Shown here: positions 18,966 to 29,274 of the stretch, piece by piece
Position numbering within the stretch: the stretch's first letter is position 1
Layout: each line of letters begins with the position of its first letter
Assembly (NCBI GenBank): GCA_964291285.2
Contig: OZ219785.1
Coordinates: forward strand, 896,001-960,000
Source of the DNA: Alphaproteobacteria bacterium
GTDB lineage: Bacteria; Pseudomonadota; Alphaproteobacteria; Bin95
Reading direction: 5' to 3'
Length of the DNA: 64,000 nucleotides
The notes under the pieces: generated by a model
What the model was told of the DNA's origin: nothing
The model's database searches: none
Seen by the model: the letters and a program-made list of their open reading frames with translations, nothing else
Program-made: the position numbers and the translations under genes

Positions 18966-19301
18966 ATGAAATCCTATAAGGCCCGCCTGCTTTCCACGGC
19001 GGTCATCGGCGTTGGCATGGCTGTCGGCGCCGTCGGCGCGGCAAGCCTCGCCGGCACCGCCTACGCCACCTGCAAGCCCGCGGCCGCGGCCTGCAAGGCC
19101 TGCGGCGCGTGCAATCCCTGCAAGCCGAAAAAGGCCTGCGGCGCATGCAACCCCTGCAAGCCCGCCTGCGGCGCGTGCAACCCGTGCAAGCCCGCCTGCG
19201 GCGCGTGCAACCCGTGCAAGCCCGCCTGTGGCGCGTGCAACCCCTGCAAGCCGAAAAAAGCGTGCGGCGCTTGCAATCCCTGCAAGCCCAAGAGCAACTA
19301 A
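18966..19301 (+). CDS. Secreted Cys-rich repeat peptide, ([10 protein letters not shown])x6
   Basis: Signal peptide ending AYA; 20 Cys in the mature part; synonymous variation between 30-bp repeats supports coding. Confidence 0.85.
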   Translation: MKSYKARLLSTAVIGVGMAVGAVGAASLAGTAYATCKPAAAACKACGACNPCKPKKACGACNPCKPACGACNPCKPACGACNPCKPACGACNPCKPKKACGACNPCKPKSN

Positions 19302-20820
19302 CCCGACTTCCGCAACTCGGGGGTCATGAGGATGCTAACTCATTGAATAGCCTTGATCGTCTCCCCGAGGGTCGGCACTACAAGGCGGCGAACGGAGAGG
19401 CGGCGCCGTGTGCCGTCAGGCGGAGATCCGGGGTGCGGGTTGCTGCGGCCAGGTCATGCCGAGCTGTTGCAGCAGTAGCTCGTGCTCCTTGTTCGGCCGG
19501 GTGTGGCGCGGCAGGACGAGGTGCCGGCCGTCGGTGGTTGGCAGATGGACGTCCACCATCTGGATGGTGGCGAAGGCCTCAAGGATGGCGCGTGGGGTGA
19601 GGCCCGGGGCGCGCGGCCGGGCGAGGTTCTTCAGGGTCACCAGCAGGCAGTAGGCGATGAACGAGACGAAGATATGCGCCTCGATGCGCTCTTGGCGCTG
19701 ATGGAAGATGGGGCGGATCGCGAGGTCGTGCTTGAGTTCCTTGAACGCCTGCTCGATCTCGACGAGCTGCATGTACAGATGCCACAGCGTGGCGGGGTCT
19801 TCGGCGACCATGTTGGATCGCAGCAGGTAACGGCCCTCGCGGCGGCGGACCTGGCGCAGCCGGTCGCGCTGCAGGCGGAATGAGAAGCCGTTGGCGGCGA
19901 GTTCGCTGTCGGTCCCGGGCACGGTGATGTCGACCAGGCTCCAGGCCCGGCCGGCCTCCTTCCTGGCGGCGCCGAGCTTGAGCAACAACTGATCCCGGCT
20001 GTTCGACTGCCCTTGCAACTCGGCCAATCGACGCCACAGCCTCTTCAGCCGGCGCCGGCGCATGCCGCGTTCCTTCACCTGCCGCCCCTCGCTGCGCACC
20101 AGGACGTAGAGCTCGCCATCCTCGACCAGAAGCTTGACAGTCACGGACTGGCGCACCTCCTGCCAGGGCAGGCCCAGGAACACCTTCTCGAGCCGCGTCA
20201 GCCGGCCCTTGGGCGTGCCCACCAGGTAGCGCACCGGCGCCTCGCCCTCGCGCATCGCGGCCAGCGTCTCCTCGGTGGGGATGCCGCGGTCCATGATCCA
20301 CACCCGCTCGGAGCGGCCATACTGATCCTCGATCTTCTTGAGGAACGCCGCCAGCGTGGTGTCGTCGGAGGTGTTGCCCGGCATCACCTCATAGGCCAGC
20401 GGAAAGCCCTGCGGCGTAACGATCAGGGCGATCACCACCTGCACGCAGTCGGGCCGCTTGTCCCGGCTGTAGCCGAAGCGGCGCTTGTCATCGAACGGCG
20501 GATCGCTCTCGAAGTAGGTCGAGGTCAGGTCGTAGAGCAGCACGTCGAAGCGCGCCTCGAACAGCGTCGCCCAGCGGTCGCGCAGAAACGAGAAGAAGCC
20601 CTGCTTGTGCGCCAGCAGCTTGTCGAGACAGCGATAGAGTGTGTCGTCGGCGATCGCCCGCTCGCCACCCAGAAGATCGCGAAGCGCGCTGTGCTCATAC
20701 CAGTGACGGTGAAGGCGCCACTCGCTGCCCGGGTCGATCAGCCGGTAGCAGACCTGGATCTTCAGGATGTCCAGCCACCGCGTGCCTTGCCGGCTCGCCG
20801 GCAGCCGCTCTTCCCAGAAG

Positions 20821-22272
20821 GGTCGTGCCCCCAGGCGTGGTGTAGGAGCTGGAGCCACCATCGGTAGCTGTGGGTAAGTGGCCCGCCGCCGCGACCGTCT
20901 GGAGTCTGGCGGCGGCGGGCCACTTATCCATAGCGGATGGCCATCGCGGTGCCGGTAGGGTTGGGCTTCCACAGTCCATCCGACCGGAGGAGTACCACGA
21001 TGACCACCACCGACATGATGACCCTGCGGGCGCTGTTGGAGAAGAGTTCCGACGCCGATCTGCTTCGCGAGATGATCGGGTTCACGGCCGCGCGTCTGAT
21101 GGCGCTTGAGGTTGAGGGCCTTGCGGGCGCCGGGCACGGCGAGCGTTCGCCGGACCGGATCACGCACCGCAACGGCTACCGCGACCGGGTCTGGGAGACG
21201 CGCGCCGGCACGGTCGAGCTGAAGATCCCGAAGCTGCGCAAGGGGAGCTACTTCCCGGGCTTCCTTGAGCCGCGGCGGATGGCGGAGAAGGCGCTGACGG
21301 CGGTGATCCAGGAGGCCTACATCAAGGGCGTATCCACCCGCTCGGTCGACGACCTGGTGCAGGCGATGGGCATGTCGGGCATCTCCAAGAGCCAGGTGTC
21401 CAGGCTGTGCGGCGAGATCGACGACAAGATCCGCGACTTCCTCGACCGGCCGCTGGAGGGCGACTGGCCGTATCTGTGGCTGGACGCGACCTATGTGAAG
21501 ATGCGCGAGGCCGGGCGCATCGTCTCGGTCGCGGTCACCATCGCGGTGGCGGTCAACGACCAGGGCCGGCGCGAGGTGCTCGGCATGGCGATCGGCGCGT
21601 CCGAGGCCGAGACCTTCTGGACCGACTTCCTGCGCTCGCTCGCCCGGCGCGGCCTGCGCGGCGTCAAGCTGGTGATCTCCGACGACCACAAGGGCCTGAA
21701 GGCCGCCGCGACCCGCATCCTCGGCGCCACATGGCAGAGATGCCGCGTGCATTTCATGCGCAACCTGCTCGCCCATGCCGGCAAGCAGGGCCGGCGCGTC
21801 GTCTCCGCCTTCGTCACCACCGCCTTCGCCCAGGAGGATGCAGACAGCGCCTCCGCCCAGTGGCGCCAGGTCGCCGACCAGCTCAGGCCCAAGGCGCCGA
21901 AGCTCGCCGCCATCATGGACGAGGCCGAGCACGATGTTCTCGCCTACATGACCTTCCCGGCCGCGCATCGCGCCAAGCTGCACTCCACAAACCCGCTCGA
22001 ACGCCTCCATGGCGAGATCAAGCGGCGCACCAACACCGTCGGCATCTTCCCCAACGAGAACGCCATCACCCGCCTGATCGGTGCCATCCTGCTCGAGCAG
22101 AACGACGAATGGGCCGTCCAGAGAGCCAGATACGTAACGCTGGAATCCATCGCTCCCGTGAGCGACAATGCAACCGTCAAGCTGCCCGCCGTGGCAGCCT
22201 GAGCCTACCGGCCCTACCCGCCGGACACCGCCACGGGCGCCAGGCTCTTACACCACGGCTCGGGACACGATC
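20821..22272 (+). mobile_element. IS256-family element, copy 1, 1452 bp
   Basis: Imperfect IRs GGTCGTGCCCCC.../...GGGACACGATC; 8-bp DR CCCAGAAG (20813-20, 22273-80). Confidence 0.95.
21000..22202 (+). CDS. IS256 (mutator-type) transposase
   Basis: [45 protein letters not shown]. Confidence 0.96.
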   Translation: MTTTDMMTLRALLEKSSDADLLREMIGFTAARLMALEVEGLAGAGHGERSPDRITHRNGYRDRVWETRAGTVELKIPKLRKGSYFPGFLEPRRMAEKALTAVIQEAYIKGVSTRSVDDLVQAMGMSGISKSQVSRLCGEIDDKIRDFLDRPLEGDWPYLWLDATYVKMREAGRIVSVAVTIAVAVNDQGRREVLGMAIGASEAETFWTDFLRSLARRGLRGVKLVISDDHKGLKAAATRILGATWQRCRVHFMRNLLAHAGKQGRRVVSAFVTTAFAQEDADSASAQWRQVADQLRPKAPKLAAIMDEAEHDVLAYMTFPAAHRAKLHSTNPLERLHGEIKRRTNTVGIFPNENAITRLIGAILLEQNDEWAVQRARYVTLESIAPVSDNATVKLPAVAA

Positions 22273-22792
22273 CCCAGAAGCGGTCCAGGTCCAGGCGGTC
22301 CCACAAGGACAGCGCCAGCCAGCACGCCCCCCACTGGCGCGGGTCGTGAAGCGCCACCTGCGAGAGGTCGATCTTCACCACTTCGCAAGTCAGCGCCGGC
22401 GCCTCCCGGTCCTCGGGAAACAGCGCCATCTGCCGTGATCGCGACTTGCCCTCCACCACCTCGATCGAGCGGCACCACGCCGCTCGCTGGCTGTCGTTGA
22501 TCTCCCCGAGATAGAGCACCTGACGCTGAACAACCCGACCGCCGTGGACCCGGACGTTCTCCACAACGCTCCAGTAGCGGTGCTCCTTGCCGTCCTTGAA
22601 GCGTCTCTTGCAGCGCACGAACATCAGCGCAGCGTCCGGATCTTCGCCAGCCCGATCAAGGGGGTAGGTCGGCACTACAAGCCGGTCCCGAGAGGTACTG
22701 CACCGAAATCCGACACTTCTCGCGCCGGAAAACCGTCAAATCAGTCGATTCTCAAGCCGAGTTGCGGAAGTCGGGCTAAGCCCTCATGGGCA

Positions 22793-22822
22793 GCGGCCGG
22801 CCTTCGGGCCGGCCGCGCTTTT
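22793..22822 (+). terminator. Rho-independent terminator
   Basis: GCGGCCGGCC-TTCG-GGCCGGCCGC then GCTTTT. Confidence 0.75.
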
Positions 22823-22857
22823 CCGGGACCGCGGCGCCGAAAGGCGCCGCACCCGTT

Positions 22858-23412
22858 TCAGGCGGCGTCGAGAGCCGCCTGCGCCTCCGGCTCCATGTCG
22901 AGCCGCAGGGCGTCGTTGAAGCGGTTGAACGCCCCGCAGAGCGCGATCCGCCAGGTCAGTTCGACGATCTGCTCCTCGCTGAAATGCGTTTTCAGCCGCT
23001 CGAAAATGCCGTCCCGCATTCTCCCCGCACTGTCGTTGACCTGGACGGCGTAATCGACCACCAGGCGGTCGATCTCGTCCAGTTCCGGATGGTTCGCCGG
23101 ATCTTCCAGCAGAGTGGCGACGCCGGCGGCGCTCATGCCCTCCACGGCCAGCATCGGCCCGTGATGGGCCACGCAATAGTCGCAGGCATTGCGCTGCGAG
23201 ACCGCGACCAGCGCCAGTTCCAGATAGCGCCGCGGGAGCACCGCCTCCCGCCTGAGCGCGGTCAGGAGCCCGAATGTGTGCTCCAGAATCGGCGGCCGCC
23301 GGCCGAGCGCGCCGACAAGGCTGGCGAAGGGACCGTAGGATACCGCGTCGTCCGCCAGCGGATGCAGGGCGGGCGGCAGGTCTTCGCGGGCGGCGTAGGC
23401 GATGCGGGCCAT
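22858..23412 (-). CDS. Carboxymuconolactone decarboxylase/AhpD family protein
   Basis: ELALVAVS..NACDYCVAHH; FSEEQIVEL...NRFNDAL. Confidence 0.9.
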   Translation of the reverse strand: MARIAYAAREDLPPALHPLADDAVSYGPFASLVGALGRRPPILEHTFGLLTALRREAVLPRRYLELALVAVSQRNACDYCVAHHGPMLAVEGMSAAGVATLLEDPANHPELDEIDRLVVDYAVQVNDSAGRMRDGIFERLKTHFSEEQIVELTWRIALCGAFNRFNDALRLDMEPEAQAALDAA

Positions 23413-23426
23413 GGGGGGAACCTCCG

Positions 23427-25520
23427 TCAGCCGATTTCGACGATGATGTTGCCATAGCCGTCCAGCCGGGCCGAATCCTGCGGCGGGACGAGGCAGGTGG
23501 CGTCGTATTCCTCGACGATGAGCGGACCCGGAACCGGGTCCGGGCCGAGGTCGCCGCGCGCGAGCACCGCGGCGTCCCGCCACCCGTGCTCGCGGCCGAA
23601 CCAGGCGCGGCGGCTGCCGGCCCCGCCCGAGGGCTCGGGCGGCGGCGGGGGCGGTGTGCTGTCATTCGAGAACCCGCGCCCGACCACCTGGACGGTCATC
23701 AGCTCCACGGGCTCCTCCGGCCCGGCGCGGTGGCCGTAGGTGCGCTCATGCTCGACGCCGAAGGCCTCCTCCAGCGCGGCAACCCACGCCGTGTCCACCG
23801 GCCCCGGCGGTGCCGCGACCTGCAGCTCGAAAATCTGGCCGTGATAGTGGAGTTGCGCGCTGCGCACGAGTGTGCGCCGTTCGGTCGGGATTCCGTCGGC
23901 CTCCAGCTGCGCGTTCGCCTCGGCCTCCAGCGCGGCCCATGCCGCTTCGAGCTCCGCCGGGTCGGCCCCGCTGAGGATGCGCCTGTGCGCATGGGAGTAG
24001 TGGTGCTCGACCTCGGCATGGAGCAGGCCGAAGGAGGAGAACAGGCCGGGCGAGGGCGGCACCAGCACCGTCCGGATCGCGAGTTCGCGCGCCATGCCGG
24101 CGGCGAAGAGCGGCCCGTTGCCGCCGAAGGCGAACAGGGCGTAGTCGCGCGGGTCGCGGCCCCGCTCGGAAGAGACGGCGCGAATGGCGCGGATCATGTT
24201 CGAGGCGGCGATGCGGTGGGCGCCGAGCGCGGCGTCTTCCGGCGCCAGGCCCATCGGCTGCGCCACGGAGCGCTCGAAGGCCTCGCGCGCCGCCTCGAAG
24301 TCGAGCTTCAGCGCGCCGCCGACGAGATGGCCCGGGTTGAGGTATCCGAGCAGCAGGTTGGCGTCGGTGAGCGTGGGTTCCGTGCCGCCCGCGCCGTAGC
24401 AGACGGGGCCCGGATCGGCGCCTGCGCTCTCCGGCCCTACCTGCAGGCCGCCCGCGGCGTCGAGGCGGAGCAGCGAGCCGCCGCCTGCGCCGACTTCCGC
24501 GAGGTCGATGGCCGGCGTCTTGACCACATAGCCCGCACCGGTCATCAGCCGGGAACCGGCGATCACACCGGCGCCGACGCTGAATTCGAGCGCGCGCGAA
24601 ACCGTGCCGCGCTCGACGATGGACGCCTTCGCCGTCGTGCCGCCCATGTCGAAGGTGAGGACATTGTCCAGGCCGGCGGATCTGGCCAGGGCCTGCGCGC
24701 CGATGACCCCGCCGGCAGGACCGGATTCGACGATATGCATGGGCAGGTTGCGCGCCGCCTGCGACGGCATCAGCCCGCCGCTCGACTGCATCAGCAACAG
24801 CGGCGCGCGCGTGCCGATATCGGCGAAGCCTTCCTCCAGCCCGGCCAGGTAACGCGAGACCACCGGCTTCAGGCAGGCGTTCACGACCGTGGTGGAGGTG
24901 CGCTCATATTCCTTCGCCTCGGGCAGCACGCGGTGGCTGATGCTGGTCTCGACATCCGGCGCGAGGCGCTCGACGATCCCGGCGACGGTTTCCTCATGCG
25001 CGGGGTTGGCGTAGCTGTGCAGCAGCGCTACGGCGATGGCCTCCACGCCTTCGTCGAGCAGCCGCCGGACGGCCGCCTCCGCCTCTTCCGGATCGAGCGG
25101 CGCCTGTGTCCTGCCGTCATGCGTCACGCGCTCGGCCACCGTGCGGCGCAGATAGCGCGGCACCAGCGGCGGCGGCTTCTGCCAGGCGATGTCGTAGAGG
25201 CGCGGCATGCGGAGATTGCGGATCTCCAGGATGTCGCGGAAGCCTTCGGTGGCGATCAGCCCGGTCTTTGCCCCCTTGCCTTCCAGGATGGCGTTGGAGG
25301 CGACCGTGGTGCCGTGGCGCAGCTCGGCGATGTCCTCGCCCGCGAACGCGCCCTCGGCGATCAGGCCGGCAAGCGCCTCGACGATCGCGCGGGCGTAATT
25401 GTCCACCGACGAGGAAACCTTGCGGGTGAGCAGCCGTCCGTCCCCGTCGAGGCAGACGATATCGGTGAAGGTGCCGCCGATGTCGATCCCGAGGCGCCAG
25501 CGGGCTTCAGCATGTTCCAT
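23427..25520 (-). CDS. Hydantoinase A/5-oxoprolinase family protein
   Basis: GIDIGGTFTD, HGTTVASNA, ESGPAGG, DMGGTT, GPESAGADPGP. Confidence 0.93.
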   Translation of the reverse strand: MEHAEARWRLGIDIGGTFTDIVCLDGDGRLLTRKVSSSVDNYARAIVEALAGLIAEGAFAGEDIAELRHGTTVASNAILEGKGAKTGLIATEGFRDILEIRNLRMPRLYDIAWQKPPPLVPRYLRRTVAERVTHDGRTQAPLDPEEAEAAVRRLLDEGVEAIAVALLHSYANPAHEETVAGIVERLAPDVETSISHRVLPEAKEYERTSTTVVNACLKPVVSRYLAGLEEGFADIGTRAPLLLMQSSGGLMPSQAARNLPMHIVESGPAGGVIGAQALARSAGLDNVLTFDMGGTTAKASIVERGTVSRALEFSVGAGVIAGSRLMTGAGYVVKTPAIDLAEVGAGGGSLLRLDAAGGLQVGPESAGADPGPVCYGAGGTEPTLTDANLLLGYLNPGHLVGGALKLDFEAAREAFERSVAQPMGLAPEDAALGAHRIAASNMIRAIRAVSSERGRDPRDYALFAFGGNGPLFAAGMARELAIRTVLVPPSPGLFSSFGLLHAEVEHHYSHAHRRILSGADPAELEAAWAALEAEANAQLEADGIPTERRTLVRSAQLHYHGQIFELQVAAPPGPVDTAWVAALEEAFGVEHERTYGHRAGPEEPVELMTVQVVGRGFSNDSTPPPPPPEPSGGAGSRRAWFGREHGWRDAAVLARGDLGPDPVPGPLIVEEYDATCLVPPQDSARLDGYGNIIVEIG

Positions 25521-26240
25521 GTGTCATCGCTCTTGTCCGGATTGGGCGGCGGTCCGCCCATGGCGCGGGACAAGGTAGCAACGGATATGGAGGCCGTCAC
25601 CATGACCGGCGGCCGGAGCCGGACTCTGCGGGCCGCGGTGCGTTATCCGCTTCGTTCGAGGGCCGTCTCGCGCACGATCTGCAGCAGGCGGCGGAACGGG
25701 GGCAGCTCCTCGGCGGAGCGGCGCACGACATAACCCGACCGGTAACGGGAAAGCCCGATCTCCGCCGGCAATGGTCGAATGAACTGTCCCGGGAGGCGTT
25801 CCAGAAAGGAAAACGGCAGCAGGGCGAGATAGGGACCGCCGTTCAGGACCGACAGGCAGGCGCTGCCGGTCTGGACGACGGTTTTCGCGCGGACATTCGT
25901 GGCCTGGTAGAGCTGGTCCAGAAGGGCAGCCAGCGAGGGCTCGCTGCAAAAGTCGATCCAGGGATAGCGGACGAGGTCTTCATTGGAGACGTCGCGGGAG
26001 AAGAGCGGGTGGTCGCGCCAGGCGGCGATGCCTGCGGTCACATCCAGAAAGCGCTCGCGTCTGAGCGATGCGTGCAGGATTTCACTGGTGTCGACACCGC
26101 CGCAATGCAGGTCGCTTTCGCCGTCGACGAGCAGCCGCAGCCCTTCATGGCGGCTGGCCATGTCGACCTTGACCTCGGTTCCCGGACAGTCCTCATGGAA
26201 GCGGGCCAGTGCTGCCGGCACGACCGTTTCGACCCATGTC

Positions 26241-27692
26241 GATCGTGCCCCCGCGGGTGGTGTAAGAGCCTGGCGTCCGTAGCGGTGTCCGGCGGGTAGG
26301 GCCGGAACGCTCAGGCTGCCACGGCGGGCAACTTGACGGTTGTATTGTCGCTCACGGGAGCGATGGATTCCAGCGTCATGTATCTGGCTCTCTGGACTGC
26401 CCATTCATCGTTCTGCTCGAGCAGGATTGCGCCGATCAGCCGGGTGATGGCGTCCTCGTTGGGGAAGATGCCGACGGTGTTTGTGCGCCGCTTGATCTCG
26501 CCGTGGAGGCGTTCGAGCGGGTTTGTCGAGTGCAGCTTGGCGCGGTGCGCGGCCGGGAAGGTCATGTAGGCGAGAACATCGTGCTCGGCCTCGTCCATGA
26601 TGGCGGCGAGCTTTGGCGCCTTGGGCCTGAGCTGGTCGGCGACCTGGCGCCACTGGGCGGAGGCGCTGTCTGCATCCTCCTGGGCGAAGGCGGTAGTGAC
26701 GAAGGCGGAGACGACGCGCCGGCCCTGCTTGCCGGCATGGGCGAGCAGGTTGCGCATGAAGTGGACGCGGCATCTCTGCCAGGTGGCGCCGAAGATGCGG
26801 GTGGCGGCGGCCTTCAGGCCCTTGTGGTCGTCGGAGATCACCAGCTTGACGCCGCGCAGGCCGCGGCGGGCGAGCGAGCGCAGGAAGTCGGTCCAGAAGG
26901 TCTCGGCCTCGGACGCGCCGATCGCCATGCCGAGCACCTCGCGCCGGCCCTGATCGTTGACCGCCACCGCGATGGTGACCGCGACCGAGACGACGCGCCC
27001 GGCCTCGCGCATCTTCACATAGGTCGCGTCAAGCCAGAGATACGGCCAGTCGCCCTCCAGCGGCCGGTCGAGGAAGTCGCGGATCTTGTCGTCGATCTCG
27101 CCGCACAGCCGCGACACCTGGCTCTTGGAGATGCCCGACATGCCCATCGCCTGCACCAGGTCGTCCACCGAGCGGGTCGATACGCCCTTGATGTAGGCCT
27201 CCTGGATCACCGCCGTCAGCGCCTTCTCCGCCATCCGCCGCGGTTCAAGGAAGCCCGGGAAGTAGCTCCCCTTGCGCAGCTTCGGGATCTTCAGTTCGAC
27301 CGTGCCGGCCCGCGTCTCCCAGACCCGGTCCCGGTAGCCGTTGCGCTGCGTGATCCGGTCCGGCGAGCGCTCGCCGTGCGCGGCGCCCGCAAGGCCCTCA
27401 ACCTCAAGCGCCATCAGACGCGCGGCCGTGAACCCGATCATCTCGCGAAGCAGGTCGGCGTCGGAACTCTTCTCCAACAGCGCCCGCAGGGTCATCATGT
27501 CGGTGGTGGTCATCGTGGTACTCCTCCGGTCAGGTGGACTGTGACAGCCCAACCCTAACCGGCACCGCGATGGCCTCCGCTGTGGGTAAGTGGCCCGCCG
27601 CCGCCTGACTCCAGACGGTCGCGGCGGCGGGCCACTTACCCACAGCTACCACCGGAAGCTTCAGCTCCTACACCACCCCTGGGGACACGACC
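26241..27692 (-). mobile_element. IS256-family element, copy 2 (isoform), 1452 bp
   Basis: IRs as in copy 1; 8-bp DR CCCATGTC (26233-40, 27693-700). Confidence 0.95.
26311..27513 (-). CDS. IS256 transposase
   Basis: Near-identical to 21000-22202 with a few substitutions. Confidence 0.96.
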   Translation of the reverse strand: MTTTDMMTLRALLEKSSDADLLREMIGFTAARLMALEVEGLAGAAHGERSPDRITQRNGYRDRVWETRAGTVELKIPKLRKGSYFPGFLEPRRMAEKALTAVIQEAYIKGVSTRSVDDLVQAMGMSGISKSQVSRLCGEIDDKIRDFLDRPLEGDWPYLWLDATYVKMREAGRVVSVAVTIAVAVNDQGRREVLGMAIGASEAETFWTDFLRSLARRGLRGVKLVISDDHKGLKAAATRIFGATWQRCRVHFMRNLLAHAGKQGRRVVSAFVTTAFAQEDADSASAQWRQVADQLRPKAPKLAAIMDEAEHDVLAYMTFPAAHRAKLHSTNPLERLHGEIKRRTNTVGIFPNEDAITRLIGAILLEQNDEWAVQRARYMTLESIAPVSDNTTVKLPAVAA

Positions 27693-28438
27693 CCCATGTC
27701 GGGCTGGCGGTAACGCGGAAGCTGCCGGTTCGCCCCGACCGGGCCGCGTCCAGAACCTCTTCGGCAGCCTCGATTTCCCGCAGAATGCGCCTTGCGAGGC
27801 CGCTGGCGGTATCGCCCAGCGCGGTCAGGCGCACGCCATGGGGCAGGCGTTCGAACAGCCGGCCCCCGAATTGGCGCTCAAGCCGGGCGATGACGCGGGT
27901 GAGCGCCGGTTGGGTGATCGCCAGCCTGTCGGCCGCCGTCGCGATCCTGCCCGCTTCAACGACTGCAAGGAACCGGACCAGATCGCTGCGTTTCTCGAAC
28001 ATGTTACGATTCAGCGAGTAACCCGGACGAACAAATTCGTAGAATGCGGAACATGTATTGCCTGACCATCCAGCATCGAACCCGCGCGCCGGTTTGCGGA
28101 CCAAAGAGCAGGCTTGTCGCCGGAAGCCCGATACGGCGCACACTTAAAACCGATTGAATAAAGGACTGAAAACCGAAATGTAAATGCCGGAACGGTAAAA
28201 GTCCATGCCGGAAGTGCATAGGCTGCAATCTGCCGTCGTTATGCTCCGGATTCGTTCATTCCTGATTTAAATCAGATCCCCCTGTCTGCCCTCGGGCGGG
28301 CCGGGGGTCCGGCATGCGCTCAAATGCCGCTGTTCAAGCTGCGCCCGCGGCAGGCCCGAAGAACGGATAGCGGCAATTCCTCGGTCCCGTCGCCGCTGCG
28401 TTCGGAAAGCCTGCGCCGCCGGGACGCCGCCTCCGGGG

Positions 28439-29200
28439 TCAGCCGCGCATGGAGTCGAAGCCCGCCCTGGCCGCCTGGAGGAGAAGGCTCGCATCGGTGC
28501 CGTAGCAGATGAAATCCACGCCCTCGCCGATCAGGCGCCGGCCGTCTTCCGGCGATCCAACCAGGCGGCCGATGCTCTTGCCGGCGCCGTGGGCCGCCGC
28601 GACGATACGCTCATGGGCGGCAACAAAGTCCGGGTGGTCGAACGCGCCCGGCACGCCCAGGCTGCAGCTCAGGTCGAAATGGCCGATCCAGAGCAGGTCC
28701 ACCTGGGGCAGGGCGGCGATGGCCTCGACGTTCTCGACGCCCTCCGCCGTCTCGATCAGCGGGATGCAGACGGTGCGGGCGTTGGCGGCGGCGAGCGCCT
28801 CTGCCGGCGGCCCGGCGGCATAGCGGTCGTGGGCGATGCCGAGCGCCACGCCGCGTACGCCGTCGGGCGGGTATTTCATGTAGCCCGCCAGCTCCCGCAC
28901 CTCCTCGGCCGACCCGGCCATCGGCAGCAGCAGCCCTTCCGCGCCGGCGTCGAGCGCGGTCGCGATGTCGGGGTAGGTCTTGCCCGCCCGGCGCACGAAA
29001 TGCGGCATGCCGGCGGCTTCCAGGTAGCGCAGGATGCGCTTCAGACCCTCGATGCCGATGCCGCTGTGCTCGCAATCGACGAAGACGAAATCCGCCCCCG
29101 CCGCCCGGTAGATATGGCCGATGCCGGGGCTCTCGAACTCCATGATGCAGGCGCCGAGCTTGACGCCCCGGTGCCCGGCCATTTCTTTCAGGCTCGCCAT
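28439..29200 (-). CDS. HpcH/HpaI aldolase family protein
   Basis: DFVFVDCEH, YPPDGVRG, IETAEGVENVEAI, IGHFDLS. Confidence 0.9.
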   Translation of the reverse strand: MASLKEMAGHRGVKLGACIMEFESPGIGHIYRAAGADFVFVDCEHSGIGIEGLKRILRYLEAAGMPHFVRRAGKTYPDIATALDAGAEGLLLPMAGSAEEVRELAGYMKYPPDGVRGVALGIAHDRYAAGPPAEALAAANARTVCIPLIETAEGVENVEAIAALPQVDLLWIGHFDLSCSLGVPGAFDHPDFVAAHERIVAAAHGAGKSIGRLVGSPEDGRRLIGEGVDFICYGTDASLLLQAARAGFDSMRG

Positions 29201-29274
29201 AGCGGCCCCCCATGTTGCAGGCTTGTGCGCTACGCTATCCCGGAAGCCGGGACGGGGGAAAGGCGGGAGAGGCC

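Larger units (their letters stand above)
19416..22624 (-). pseudogene. IS1634 transposase split by IS256
   Basis: MFVR...KDGKEHRYWS; LYDLTSTYFE, FGYSRDKRPD, MDRGI, IEQAFKELK; IS256 removal restores LDRFWEERL (582 aa). Confidence 0.9.
19302..22775 (-). mobile_element. IS1634-family element with a nested IS256
   Basis: Perfect 19-bp IR CCCGACTTCCGCAACTCGG; CTAA duplicated at 19298-301 and 22776-79. Confidence 0.92.
25643..28002 (-). pseudogene. LysR-family regulator split by IS256
   Basis: HTH AADRLAITQPALTR..LE...LFER; IS removal restores TASPTWVETVVP (299 aa). Confidence 0.92.

Noticed and set aside
19098-19290. 30-bp repeats as a CRISPR array or non-coding VNTR
   Set aside because: No spacers; variation is at synonymous positions of the Cys-rich ORF
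19416-22010. 864-aa ORF as an intact protein
   Set aside because: Chimera of the IS256 antisense frame and the IS1634 transposase C-terminal part
23274-25733. Long antisense ORFs (this 819-aa one, also 14869-17157, 45986-48553, 48848-50854)
   Set aside because: Shadow frames overlapping well-supported genes in high-GC DNA, with no motifs
20821-27692. Composite transposon or inversion between the inverted IS256 copies
   Set aside because: Each copy retains its own matching 8-bp DR pair and the copies are not identical, so these are independent insertions
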